From Bacteroidia bacterium (GTDB lineage: Bacteria > Bacteroidota > Bacteroidia > UBA4408), in NCBI GenBank assembly GCA_035438985.1, contig DAORJK010000014.1, positions 12,504 to 76,503 on the forward strand: 64,000 bases of DNA. Reading direction: 5' to 3'. Below the pieces are notes generated by a model, which saw only the letters and a program-made list of their open reading frames with translations, did not search any database and was not told the origin of the DNA. Of the stretch, positions 1 to 10,147 are shown piece by piece. The first letter of the stretch is position 1; the number at the start of each line of letters is the position of its first letter. The translations under genes were made by a program, and so were the position numbers.

Positions 1-270
1 TCCAAAATGTTCTGCTTTTGCGCAGCAGTCCATCTTTTTTGGGCGATGTTGGCACCCGCTAAATGCACTATATAGTTTACATTTTCAAGTGCTCTTTTAT
101 CGATAAATCCGCTATTAATATTCCAGTAAAAACTATTTTTTTCATTGCAAAAAGATTTATTACTTGAAAGTATTTTACACTGGTACCCTTTAGAAAGTAA
201 TAGTTGTTGCAGGTTTTTACCAATAAGTCCTGTGCCTCCTGTAATTAGTATGGTTTTACCGATAGTCATA
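1..270 (-). CDS. NAD-dependent epimerase/dehydratase family protein (YfcH/TIGR01777-like), N-terminal part only; continues beyond the window start
   Basis: Reverse-strand translation from the ATG at 270-268 gives MTIGKTILITGGTGLIGKNLQQLLLSKGYQ..., a Rossmann GxxGxxG NAD(P)-binding N-terminus typical of the YfcH-like epimerase family. No stop codon before the window edge. Confidence 0.55.
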
Positions 271-427
271 GCACAAATTTAGGATTGATTCATGAATAAA
301 GTTAGTGCTTATTTAAGTAAGGCATATTACCAACTGTTAATTGCATCAGTTTTTGCTTTTCTGAGTCGCTATAGAAAGTAATTGCAGCGCCGCAATACAG
401 GTTAAATCAAGTGCAACAATTTTTCAT

Positions 428-452
428 AAAAAAGGGCAGGAAATTCCTACCC
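428..452 (-). terminator. Rho-independent terminator downstream of the Hsp20 gene
   Basis: The minus-strand RNA forms GGGUAGG-loop-CCUGCCC (7 bp including one G-U pair), followed by U6 (plus-strand A-run 428-433). It lies 34 nt after the Hsp20 stop. The hairpin is better on the minus strand than on the plus strand. Confidence 0.5.
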
Positions 453-485
453 TTTTAAACTAAACCAACAATCAAACCTTCTTAC

Positions 486-923
486 TTAAGCTATATCAAT
501 TAATCGAGAAGGCTTTTCCTTTGCTTCTTCACGTTTAGGAATAGTAATGGTTAACAAACCATTTACATATTCGGCACTGATCATATCTTTATTTACCATT
601 TGTGGCAAATTAAAGCTACGCGAAAAAGATTCAAAGTTGAATTCCTTGCGTGTATATCCATCTTTGCTTTCTTCTATTTTAATTTCTGTTTCAGAAGAAA
701 CAGTAAGTACCGAATTGGTAACCTCCACCTTGAAATCTGATTTTTTCATTCCGGGAGCTGCTAATTCTAAAATAAAATTGTCCTTTGTTTCTTTTACGTT
801 TGCAGCCGGCAGGGTTAATTTTACATTTGAAAAATTGTAATCAAAAAAGTCTTTTCCCAAAAGTGTGTCAAAAAAAGTGGGAATTACGGGCATGTTGCTG
901 TTTTTAAATTTTACTAGTGTCAT
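486..923 (-). CDS. Hsp20/alpha-crystallin family small heat-shock protein
   Basis: 145 aa. The alpha-crystallin domain pattern (ELAAPGMKKSDFKVEV...LTITIPK) and the C-terminal I-x-I-like tail (LIDIA) are typical of small heat-shock proteins. ATG start at 923, TAA stop at 486. Confidence 0.85.
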   Translation of the reverse strand: MTLVKFKNSNMPVIPTFFDTLLGKDFFDYNFSNVKLTLPAANVKETKDNFILELAAPGMKKSDFKVEVTNSVLTVSSETEIKIEESKDGYTRKEFNFESFSRSFNLPQMVNKDMISAEYVNGLLTITIPKREEAKEKPSRLIDIA

Positions 924-1126
924 TTTTTATCCTCCTGATTTTTAGATTTTATTAATTTGTTTTTTAAGTCTATTGAAAACGTTTTCGCAAGAAATTTTTC
1001 AAATTAAATGCCAATCAAAAAAAAATGAATTCTTGTCATTGGGAGACTCTATTTCAAGAAATATTGACTGAAAGTATTGATTTTAAAGGCCAATATGGCA
1101 GTTGCCCTTAAAGAATTGGTAGTTTT

Positions 1127-2839
1127 TTATTCGTAAAAATTAAAATCTTTCACCAATAGTTGCAAATTACTTTTACCCATCCATTCATTTTCACCAATGG
1201 TATAACACATATCGAATGGCTTTTTTTGTAATAACTGCGTATAGTATTCTCCTAGGCCAAATGCTATACAAGGAAAGGAAATTTGTGTATTGCTTTGGAT
1301 AGCATCCAACTTTAAATGATTGTTGCCAACCACCTTAGCAAAACCTTTATCAGTTAGGCCTTTTGAAGCAAATACCGGATGCATATTCTCGGGGCCAAAA
1401 GGTGCAAACTGTTTGAGGATGCGAAAAAACTTTGCATCAATGTCGGAGAAATCAAGCAATGCATCAATTTCGATTTCGGGAGTAAGCCATTTTTCATCCA
1501 TGGTAGCAGATACCACTTCTTCGAATTTTAGTTGAAATGCTTCAAGGTTTTCTTCCTTGAGCGATAAGCCTGCTGCATACTTGTGCCCTCCGAACTGTTC
1601 GAGCAAATGAGCACAAGCCTCGATAGCATTATATACATCAAAATTTTTCACCGAGCGTGCCGATCCTGTTAGTAGGCCATTTGATTGTGTTAACACAATG
1701 GTGGGCCGGTAATATTTTTCGATGAGGCGCGATGCAACAATACCCACCACGCCTTTGTGCCAATCGGGTCGATAAAGTACGGTAGATTTTTTTTGAATTA
1801 GATGGGCATCTTCACCAATAATTGCGAGCGCTTGTTCGGTAATTAATTTGTCAATGTTTTTTCGCTCGGTATTTGTACTGTTCAAGTTGTTACCCGAAAT
1901 TGTTGCATGTTGGGCAGTTTCACTAAGTAAAAGCTCCACTGCCCTGTTTCCCGACTCCAATCTACCGGCTGCATTAATGCGTGGTGCAATAATGAATACC
2001 ACGTCCGAAATTGTGAGCGGTTTTTGTTGTGAAAAATTTGCAATTTCAATCATTGCTTTAAATCCCGGCCGAGGGCGCTCATTTAATTCAATTAATCCAA
2101 AGTGTGCCAAAATTCTATTTTCACCAACAATTGGAACAATGTCGGCAGCAATACTTACAGCCACCAAATCAAGATAGGCTTGCAGCATAGAAAAATCAAT
2201 GTCACTTTGCGCTGCATAGGCCTGTATTAATTTAAAGCCAATTCCACAACCGGTTAATTCTTTAAAAGGATAATTGCAATCTTCCCTTTTTGGATCTAAG
2301 ACAGCTATTGCTTTGGGAATTGTTTCACCAGGCCGGTGATGATCACAAATAATAAAATCAATTCCTCGACTTGTAGCATAATCAATTTTATCGACACTTT
2401 TAATTCCACAATCAAGCGCAATAATTAATGAAAAATTGTTGTTGGCGGCATACTCTATTCCCTTTATAGAAATTCCATATCCTTCACTGTAACGATCGGG
2501 AATATAATATTCAATGGCAGTATATTCCTTCTTCAGAAAACTATACATTAAAGCAACCGCTGTAGTGCCATCAACATCGTAATCGCCATAAATTAAGATT
2601 CGTTCGCCCTTTTGAATTGCTCTTCTAACTCTGCTGACTGCTGCTTGCATGTCCTGCATCAAAAAAGGATCGTGCAAGGCTGTAAGCTGCGGACGAAAAA
2701 AGCTACGGGCTTCTTCAAAATTGGTAACTCCACGTTGAATCAATAGTGTTGCAAGAACTTTGTGAATATTGAGTTCGGCAGCAAGTGTATTGGTTTGTTG
2801 TTCGGAAGGAGCTTCAGCAATAACCCAACGTTTTTTCAT
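1127..2839 (-). CDS. recJ: Single-stranded-DNA-specific exonuclease RecJ
   Basis: 570 aa. DHH phosphoesterase motifs are present (IYGDYDVDGTTAVALM; ICDHHRPGE) plus the DHHA1 region (GGHKYAAGLSL). Length is typical for RecJ. Confidence 0.88.
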   Translation of the reverse strand: MKKRWVIAEAPSEQQTNTLAAELNIHKVLATLLIQRGVTNFEEARSFFRPQLTALHDPFLMQDMQAAVSRVRRAIQKGERILIYGDYDVDGTTAVALMYSFLKKEYTAIEYYIPDRYSEGYGISIKGIEYAANNNFSLIIALDCGIKSVDKIDYATSRGIDFIICDHHRPGETIPKAIAVLDPKREDCNYPFKELTGCGIGFKLIQAYAAQSDIDFSMLQAYLDLVAVSIAADIVPIVGENRILAHFGLIELNERPRPGFKAMIEIANFSQQKPLTISDVVFIIAPRINAAGRLESGNRAVELLLSETAQHATISGNNLNSTNTERKNIDKLITEQALAIIGEDAHLIQKKSTVLYRPDWHKGVVGIVASRLIEKYYRPTIVLTQSNGLLTGSARSVKNFDVYNAIEACAHLLEQFGGHKYAAGLSLKEENLEAFQLKFEEVVSATMDEKWLTPEIEIDALLDFSDIDAKFFRILKQFAPFGPENMHPVFASKGLTDKGFAKVVGNNHLKLDAIQSNTQISFPCIAFGLGEYYTQLLQKKPFDMCYTIGENEWMGKSNLQLLVKDFNFYE

Positions 2840-2848
2840 GCGGTAATT

Positions 2849-3835
2849 TTAGGTTATTAATACTATTTCGAAAATACTTCCTTTGGGTGAATTTTTTTTT
2901 ACTTCAATTGTTCCATGATGAGCAACTACAAGTTTTTTTACAATGTAAAGACCGAGTCCGGTACCTTTGTTTTTGCGAGTTTCTTCATTACCAATTCGAT
3001 AAAATTTATCAAAAATCAACTGCTTTTCAGCTTCCGCTATACCGCTACCTTCATCGGTAATTTGTAGTAAAATTTTGTGCTCGTATTTTTTTAGAATACA
3101 GGTAATTTGTGGAAAGTTTGGCGAATATTTAATAGCGTTTTCGTATAAGTTTGTGAGAATTGAAATAAAAGCAAAACGATCTGCTTCAAATTCAATTCCC
3201 TTTTCAATTAATAAGCTTAAACGATGTTGTTTTTGTTGCTGAAACAAAGTAGCAAGTTTATTCATTTCGCTTTCTACCAATTCCGAAAAATTTGAAACCT
3301 GCTTTAAAAGTCTAAAACTATTGTCCTCCAAACGTACTGCAATGAGCACATTCTCAACCAATGCGTTTAATCGCTCTGTATCGGCAAGTGCGTTGTGGAT
3401 AATTTCGTTTTGCTTTTCTTTGGGCAAATCTCTTTTTAATAAAGTTTCGAGTTGAAGCTTTGCAGAAGCTATCGGAGATTTTAGTTCATGTGTAATGGAT
3501 AACAAAAAATTCTTTTGACGCAATCCTAACTCTGCTTCCTTTTTAAAAGTTTTTCGAGTTTGCAAAAATCCGGAAATCAACAATACCAAAAAAACAGTTC
3601 CTTCACCGGCAATCATTAACCAACGTTTTTTCAATTTAGCATGTAGTTCATTTTGTGCGCTTTCAATTTCGCCTGTATCAGAAGTTTGCAATTCAATTAT
3701 CTGTAGGCGTTGCTCAAGTACTTCGTTGTTCAACTTCACCATTAAATAACTCCACCAACTAAATTGAATAAACACATATACCACTAGTAAGTAGAATAAA
3801 AAAAGCGGTCTAGGTCGTTTTTGTAAATGCGTCAT
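2849..3835 (-). CDS. Sensor histidine kinase with two N-terminal TM helices, HisKA and HATPase domains
   Basis: H-box ITHELKSPIASAKLQLETL. N-box LTNLYENAIKYS. G-boxes ITDEGSGI and GTGLGLYIVKKLVVAHHGTIEV. Two hydrophobic helices lie near the N-terminus. No response-regulator gene is adjacent. The gene ends 9 nt before recJ. Confidence 0.82.
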   Translation of the reverse strand: MTHLQKRPRPLFLFYLLVVYVFIQFSWWSYLMVKLNNEVLEQRLQIIELQTSDTGEIESAQNELHAKLKKRWLMIAGEGTVFLVLLISGFLQTRKTFKKEAELGLRQKNFLLSITHELKSPIASAKLQLETLLKRDLPKEKQNEIIHNALADTERLNALVENVLIAVRLEDNSFRLLKQVSNFSELVESEMNKLATLFQQQKQHRLSLLIEKGIEFEADRFAFISILTNLYENAIKYSPNFPQITCILKKYEHKILLQITDEGSGIAEAEKQLIFDKFYRIGNEETRKNKGTGLGLYIVKKLVVAHHGTIEVKKNSPKGSIFEIVLIT

Positions 3836-3975
3836 CGTAACAAATATAATTTGTTTTGAGCAATTCCATTTTTCTACTTGTGGAATTTTGAATTATCTTG
3901 CATCAGTGAATTGTTTTGTATCAAAAACAAACAAATTTTTCGGTCTTAATTTGTGTCTCATTTAATAAATCATTC

Positions 3976-6900
3976 ATGAAAAAAACAAGCCTCTTTGTGC
4001 TTTTTATAGTCCTTATTTCTTTTACAATTGCTGCCTTTCAAACAAAAATTGCTGCAAATAAAATGAATGCAAACTATGTGTTTCCAAAAAACGGAAGCTA
4101 TGAGAAAGAATGGAAAAAAGTTGATTCATTGCAGGAAAAAGGACTTACCCGAAGTGCTCTTACGATAATTGCAGGAATTTATACACACGCAAAAGCAGAG
4201 CGTAGCACTCCTAATTACATTAGAGCAATTGTTGAGCGAATGAAATTTGAAAGCTATCTTGAAGAGGATGAATATGTAAAATCAATTGCTGATTTAGAGA
4301 ATGAAATAGCTACCTCTTACTATCCCGCAAAGCAATTAATTTATTCGATTACTGCTGAAATATACTGGCGTTATTATCAAAACAACCGTTGGACCTTTTT
4401 AAATCGTACCGAAACAAGACAGTTTGAAAACAAAGACATCCGCACCTGGGATTTGAAAAAAATATATGAGAAGGTAAGTTACAATTACCATCAATCGCTC
4501 ACACAAACCGAAAGAAGCAAGCAAATAACTTTAAGCTCTCTAGATGCCCTTTTGCTAAAGGAACCTGGTTCGCAAAAACTACGACCCACTTTATATGATT
4601 TACTGGCTCATCGTGCAATAGACTTTTTTATGAATGAAGAATCAGGGTTGATTAAGCCCGCGAATTCCTTTGCTCCTAACAGCCAAGAATATTTTGGTTC
4701 GGCTAAAGATTTTTGCCAACTGGTTGTTGAATCACCTGATTCAACTTCACGATTATTACAAACGGTAAGACTTTTACAGGATGTATTGTATTTTCATTTA
4801 AAAGACAAAGATCCTCAAGCTTTGGTTGATGTTGATTTGAAGCGATTAAAATTTGTAAGAGAAAACAGCAGTCATCTAGAAAAGGACAGTCTTTATTTGC
4901 AAGCTCTTAGGAACATTGAACAAACATATTCAACACATTCGTGCAGCGCCGATGCTAGCTTTTTAATTGCCAGCTATTATTGGGAAGTGAGCAATGCTCA
5001 AGTCGATAAGCGGACTAGCGCAAGTTTAAGAAAAAAATGTATGAGCTTGTGTGAAGCTGTATTGATGCAATTTTCTGCTAGTGATGCAGCTAAAAACTGT
5101 TCCTATTTAAAGGCGCTATTACAAGAAAAGGAATTGGGTTTAACGCTTGAAGATGTTAATATTCCTAACAAACCCATATTGGGATTACTTCGATTTAAGA
5201 ATGTAACAAAAGCCTATATCAAAATTGTAAAATTAACTGCAAGTAATGAAACTGATTTAGATCGCGGGCTTACGCTTGAGATGCAAAAAACATTATTAAA
5301 ACAGGAAGGTGTCGCTAATTGGTCGATAGCCTTACCACAAGAACTCGATTATTTGGAACATACCTGTCAAATTGCTATACCAATGTTAGCGGTTGGGCAC
5401 TACTTACTATTTGTTGGTAGTGATCCGGAATTTAATTCTATAAAAAATGGATTGGGGCATAGTAGTTTTTGGGTAAGCAACATTGCCTATATTACACAAC
5501 GAAAACAAGATGGAAGCTACGAAGGATACACTTTAAATCGAGAAAGTGGTGGGGCACTCAGCGATCTTTCATTACGCATGTGGTATGAAACCTACGATCA
5601 AAAAAGTAGGACCAATAAATTTATTTTAGGAAACTCATTTACTACCGACGCACAAGGACATTTTGAAATTCCAGCAAATGAGAACCACCGCAATTTTTAT
5701 TTAGAAATTGAAGACCCTAAAGGAGATCGACTTTGCAGCGATTATGGCTTTTATCATTACAAAAATTATGAATCGCACAGTCAACCATTTGAACAAACTT
5801 ATTTTTTCACCGACCGAAAAATCTATCGTCCCGGTCAAACTGTTTATTTCAAAGCCTTGTTATTAGAGAAGGATGGCGAAGCATCGAAAATATTAGTGAA
5901 TAAACAAACCGAGGTAACTTTTAACGATGCCAACGGTCAAAAAATAAGTTCGCTTCAATTGCTTACAAACGAATACGGGTCTTGTCATGGTAGCTTCACG
6001 ATACCCACCGGAAGGTTGAATGGTCAGATGTACATCGCTACACAATCGGGGAGTTGTTACTTTTCGGTAGAGGAATATAAACGGCCTAAATTTGAGGTGA
6101 ATTTTGATGCATTAAAAACATCCTACTTACTTGGCGAAAATGTTACTGTGCAAGGAAAGGCTATCAGCTATTCAGGAGTTTCCTTGGGCGGTGCGAATGT
6201 TAGTTACCGGGTTGTGCGTAAAGCTGTGTATCCAGTTTGGTGGGGATTTACGCGGTATTTTCCGATGAATCAATCAGAAGTAGAAATTGGGAATGGAATT
6301 ACTACAACTACTTCGGACGGAGCTTTTTCAATTTCTTTTAATGCGCTGCCCGATTTTATACAAAACAATAGCAAAGATTTAACATTTAACTTCTTGGTTT
6401 ATGCCACCATCACGGATGTAAATGGAGAATCGCATAGTGCCGAAAAAATGATTACACTAGGCAATACTGCTTACAATTTATCGGCTTCATTACCAGCCTT
6501 AGTTGACAAAGAAAAAGAAGTTAAAATTAAGTTACAAGCAAGCAACTTAAATGGTGAATACGAGGTTGCAAAAGGAACTGTTAGGATTTGTAAATTAAAA
6601 CAAGCTGCAAAAGTTTACCGCGAACGAAGGTGGGATCTTCCTGATTCTTACTTAATGAATAAATCTGAATTTGAGGCACTTTTTCCCTATGATCAATATT
6701 CCGACGAGGCGAATAAATACACTTGGGAACGCAGTGAAATGATGGAAGAAATTGCCTTCTCAACAGATACGACTCTAGCAAAAAATTTAGCAGGAGAAGT
6801 GCTACTTCGCTCAAGCAAAAATTGGGAACAAGGCGAATATTTTTACGAAGCAACTTCGTATGATAAAAATAATAAAGAGGTAAAAGTTCAAAATTATTTC

Positions 6901-9900
6901 ACGCTTTATTCATCACTCGACAAAAAGGCAACAGGTGTAGAACTGCTAAATTTTTCGATGCTGAAAGATGCCGGAGAGCCCGGAGAAACTGCACAAGTTT
7001 TGGTTGGAACAGCCGAAAAAGAACTTTCCCTTTTAGTCGAGCTGGAATGTAAAAACGAAATCATTAAACGTGAATGGCTAAAATTGTCGGCTTCACAAAA
7101 AATAATTGACATTCCTTTAGAAGAAAGTTATAGAGGAAATTGTGCAGTACATATTACGGCAATTAAGCAAAATCGATTACTGAAGTATACCTCGATTATT
7201 ACGGTGCCCTATACCAATCGGGAGCTGGATATTCAAATAGAGACCTTCAGAAACAAATTGAAACCAGGAGAAACAGAAGAATGGAAACTAAAAATTCGCG
7301 ATAAAAAAGGAAATAAAGCCAGTGCTGAATTAATCGCTGCTGTGTATGATGCATCGCTGGATGCTTTTGCTGCGAATTCATGGATGGTTAATTTATATCA
7401 GTCCTATTATTCAACACGAAGCTGGGATCCAGGTGCGTCATTTAAGTTAAATTCGATTGCTGCTTATGGTAAGGATTGGAATATTTACCCTACACCCTTT
7501 AACAGACAATACGATCGCTTAAATTGGTTTGGATATGAAGGATATAATTCCTTTGGTTTAACACGAGATGCGTATACTTCGGATAGGTCGGTTAGAACAT
7601 TGGCAATGCCGAATGCGGGAAGTGCGGCTCCAATGGCAAAGGCTGAAGCTGCTATGGAAGGTTTTACAGAACAATCAAAACCGCTGATTCAATCTAACAC
7701 AAAATCGAAAGAAACATCTCAAGATGCTCAAAATTCAAATACATCTAAAACACCGGTGGTGAAGTTTCGTAGCAATTTTAATGAAACCGCTTTTTTTTAT
7801 CCTCAACTTGAAACCAATGAAGTAGGTGATGTGTTGGTAAAATTTACTTTACCTGATGCGTTAACCCGTTGGAAACTTTTGGGCTGGGCGCACAGTAAAG
7901 ATTTAAAAACGGGTTCAATTACAGCAGCGTTTCAAACGCAAAAAGAACTGATGATTGGATTATTAGCACCACGATTTTTTAGAGAAGGTGATAGCATTTT
8001 ATTGCGCGCAAAAATTGAAAACATGAGTGATCAAGACCAGCAAATACGGGGGAATATTCGTTTCATCAATACTTCAACACAACAAGATATAACTCAGCAA
8101 TTGTTGATTAAAGAAAGTGCTGAGAAAAAATGTTCTATTCAGAAAAATGGCAATCAGGTAATTCAATGGAAAGTAAAAATCCCAAAAGGTTTTGAAACTA
8201 TTAGTTGCCTTGTTACTGCTAATTGTGCGGGTTATTCGGATGGTGAAGAAGTAACTATACCTGTATTGAGTAATAAAACGATGGTGGTTGAAAGTATACC
8301 TCTGTCACTAAGAGGAAAGGAGCAAAAATCCTTTTCATTTCCTTCACTTCTTACGCAAAACAATCAAAGTAAAACATTGCAAAATTACTCTGTAACACTT
8401 GAGTTTAGCTCAAACCCTGTATGGTATGCAATTCAAGCATTGCCGTATTTAATGGAAAGTTCAACAGCCTGCTCTGAACAATTGTTTTCGCGCTATTATG
8501 CAACTAGTATTGCTGCACATTTAGCCAATTCTTCACCTAAAATAAAACGTGTATTTGATAGTTGGAAAAGCGCTGAAAATTCCGGTAACAAAGAAAGTTT
8601 ACTTTCTTCTTTGGAAAAAAATACAGAATTAAAAACGCTGTTATTGGAAGAAACGCCTTGGGTTATGCAGGCAAAAAATGAACATGAAAGAAAACAACGT
8701 TTAGGATTGCTGTTCGATTTAAATACACTTTCGAATGAAACTGAAAAAGCACTGTCCCAGTTACAAAAAATGCAATTACAAAATGGTGGATGGCCTTGGT
8801 TTGAAGGCATGCAGGATGATGCATACATTACTCAACATATCGTAGCAGGATTAGGTCATTTGGATCATTTGGGAATTAAAATTATTCATACGGATCCACA
8901 ACTTTATGAGTCAATTAAAGCGGCTGTAGCATATATGGACACTCGAATGCGTGAAGAATATGACCAGTTATTAAAGTATTCGTCAAACACCATGAATGAA
9001 AATCATTTGAGTTATGCGGCTATACATTATTTGTATTCGCGCAGTTATTTCAAAGAAATTGCTTTATCTCCTTCTGCAAAAATTGCCTTCGCTTATTATA
9101 AAGGTCAGACTGAAAAATATTGGCTAAAAAACAATCGCTATTTACAAGGTATGATTGCACTTTCCTTGCATCGATACGGCACCAAAAATGTAGCAACTTC
9201 AATACTTGCATCTCTTAAGGAAAATGCACTCTTTTCGGAGGAGTTTGGAATGTATTGGAAAGACAATACAGCCGGCTACTATTGGCATCAAGCACCTATT
9301 GAAACTCAAGCTCTTTTAATGGAAGCCTTTGACGAAATTGCGAACGATGCCCTATCAGTTGAGGCAATGAAAGTGTGGTTGTTGAAAAACAAACAATGCA
9401 ATGATTGGAAAACTACACGTGCAACTACGGAAGCTTGTTATGCCTTATTGAGAAGAGGTACAGATTTTTTAGCGCAAGAAAATGAGGTTGAAATAAAGAT
9501 TGGTAGTTATGATTTAACTACTGCAACTATTGAAGATAGTAAAAAAGAAGCCGGTACAGGTTATTTCAAAACGAGTTGGCATGGAAACGATATTAAATCA
9601 GATATGGGTACAATTTCAGTAAAACCTGCGGCAACAAATTCTTCGAATCAATCACTTATGTGGGGCGCTGTTTATTGGAATTACTATGAAGAATTAACTA
9701 AAATTAAACAATCAACCTCGCCATTGCAGATTAGTAAAAAAGTATTTTGCGAAAAAAATTCTCCAACCGGGCCCTTTCTTGAACCTATCACACTGAATTC
9801 TGTAGTAAAACCCGGAGATAAATTGGTAGTGCGAATTGAAATACGCTCAGACCGAGAAATGGAATATGTACAATTAAAAGATATGCGAGCTTCAGGATTA

Positions 9901-10140
9901 GAGCCAGTTTCGGTTATTTCTACCTATACCTATCAAGATGGTTTAGGATATTACGAAAGTACGAAAGATGCGTCCACAAGTTTTTACTTTTCACATATTC
10001 CACGCGGAACACATGTTTTAGAATATACCTTGCGTGCTTCCCACAGTGGAAATTTCAGCAATGGAATTACCAGTATTCAATGCGCCTATGCTCCTGAATT
10101 TACAAGTCACTCCGAAGGAATACGAATTGAAATTAAATAA
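3976..10140 (+). CDS. Alpha-2-macroglobulin family protein (MG-domain protease-inhibitor homologue), about 2054 aa, with an intact thioester motif
   Basis: The ORF-track start at 3916 is a TTG. The ATG at 3976 gives the signal peptide MKKTSLFVLFIVLISFTIAAFQ. There is a long run of MG/Ig-like beta domains. The thioester CxEQ motif is present as ACSEQ, encoded at 8470-8481 (tgc tct gaa caa). Overall size and architecture match bacterial A2M. Confidence 0.8.
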   Translation: MKKTSLFVLFIVLISFTIAAFQTKIAANKMNANYVFPKNGSYEKEWKKVDSLQEKGLTRSALTIIAGIYTHAKAERSTPNYIRAIVERMKFESYLEEDEYVKSIADLENEIATSYYPAKQLIYSITAEIYWRYYQNNRWTFLNRTETRQFENKDIRTWDLKKIYEKVSYNYHQSLTQTERSKQITLSSLDALLLKEPGSQKLRPTLYDLLAHRAIDFFMNEESGLIKPANSFAPNSQEYFGSAKDFCQLVVESPDSTSRLLQTVRLLQDVLYFHLKDKDPQALVDVDLKRLKFVRENSSHLEKDSLYLQALRNIEQTYSTHSCSADASFLIASYYWEVSNAQVDKRTSASLRKKCMSLCEAVLMQFSASDAAKNCSYLKALLQEKELGLTLEDVNIPNKPILGLLRFKNVTKAYIKIVKLTASNETDLDRGLTLEMQKTLLKQEGVANWSIALPQELDYLEHTCQIAIPMLAVGHYLLFVGSDPEFNSIKNGLGHSSFWVSNIAYITQRKQDGSYEGYTLNRESGGALSDLSLRMWYETYDQKSRTNKFILGNSFTTDAQGHFEIPANENHRNFYLEIEDPKGDRLCSDYGFYHYKNYESHSQPFEQTYFFTDRKIYRPGQTVYFKALLLEKDGEASKILVNKQTEVTFNDANGQKISSLQLLTNEYGSCHGSFTIPTGRLNGQMYIATQSGSCYFSVEEYKRPKFEVNFDALKTSYLLGENVTVQGKAISYSGVSLGGANVSYRVVRKAVYPVWWGFTRYFPMNQSEVEIGNGITTTTSDGAFSISFNALPDFIQNNSKDLTFNFLVYATITDVNGESHSAEKMITLGNTAYNLSASLPALVDKEKEVKIKLQASNLNGEYEVAKGTVRICKLKQAAKVYRERRWDLPDSYLMNKSEFEALFPYDQYSDEANKYTWERSEMMEEIAFSTDTTLAKNLAGEVLLRSSKNWEQGEYFYEATSYDKNNKEVKVQNYFTLYSSLDKKATGVELLNFSMLKDAGEPGETAQVLVGTAEKELSLLVELECKNEIIKREWLKLSASQKIIDIPLEESYRGNCAVHITAIKQNRLLKYTSIITVPYTNRELDIQIETFRNKLKPGETEEWKLKIRDKKGNKASAELIAAVYDASLDAFAANSWMVNLYQSYYSTRSWDPGASFKLNSIAAYGKDWNIYPTPFNRQYDRLNWFGYEGYNSFGLTRDAYTSDRSVRTLAMPNAGSAAPMAKAEAAMEGFTEQSKPLIQSNTKSKETSQDAQNSNTSKTPVVKFRSNFNETAFFYPQLETNEVGDVLVKFTLPDALTRWKLLGWAHSKDLKTGSITAAFQTQKELMIGLLAPRFFREGDSILLRAKIENMSDQDQQIRGNIRFINTSTQQDITQQLLIKESAEKKCSIQKNGNQVIQWKVKIPKGFETISCLVTANCAGYSDGEEVTIPVLSNKTMVVESIPLSLRGKEQKSFSFPSLLTQNNQSKTLQNYSVTLEFSSNPVWYAIQALPYLMESSTACSEQLFSRYYATSIAAHLANSSPKIKRVFDSWKSAENSGNKESLLSSLEKNTELKTLLLEETPWVMQAKNEHERKQRLGLLFDLNTLSNETEKALSQLQKMQLQNGGWPWFEGMQDDAYITQHIVAGLGHLDHLGIKIIHTDPQLYESIKAAVAYMDTRMREEYDQLLKYSSNTMNENHLSYAAIHYLYSRSYFKEIALSPSAKIAFAYYKGQTEKYWLKNNRYLQGMIALSLHRYGTKNVATSILASLKENALFSEEFGMYWKDNTAGYYWHQAPIETQALLMEAFDEIANDALSVEAMKVWLLKNKQCNDWKTTRATTEACYALLRRGTDFLAQENEVEIKIGSYDLTTATIEDSKKEAGTGYFKTSWHGNDIKSDMGTISVKPAATNSSNQSLMWGAVYWNYYEELTKIKQSTSPLQISKKVFCEKNSPTGPFLEPITLNSVVKPGDKLVVRIEIRSDREMEYVQLKDMRASGLEPVSVISTYTYQDGLGYYESTKDASTSFYFSHIPRGTHVLEYTLRASHSGNFSNGITSIQCAYAPEFTSHSEGIRIEIK

Positions 10141-10147
10141 ATTCGAA

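Noticed and set aside
547-840. 97-aa plus-strand ORF antisense to the Hsp20 gene, and similar antisense ORFs inside recJ (1320-1535, 1848-2177), A2M (6581-6853, 6906-7112, 8496-8828) and fbp (27668-28054)
   Set aside because: Each is fully contained in a confidently assigned gene on the other strand, and none has a recognisable motif.
1060-1126. Possible terminator hairpin for recJ (ttaaaggcc...ggcccttaaa region)
   Set aside because: Arms are not properly complementary when paired base by base, and there is no clean U-tract.
924-1126. Search for a CIRCE-type heat-shock operator (TTAGCACTC-N9-GAGTGCTAA) upstream of the Hsp20 gene
   Set aside because: No match in the 203-bp upstream region. 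Heat-shock control in this lineage probably uses a different mechanism.
3916-3975. Track start of the A2M ORF 60 nt upstream (MYQKQTNF...)
   Set aside because: It begins with TTG, and the first 20 residues are non-hydrophobic. The ATG at 3976 gives an immediate signal peptide.
3836-3975. Attempt to call Bacteroidota sigma-A promoters (TTG / TAnnTTTG) in divergent intergenic regions (3836-3975, 27372-27680, 56421-56571)
   Set aside because: Only partial matches (for example TTGTTTTG) were found by eye. Without a scoring matrix the calls would be guesses, so none is reported as a feature.
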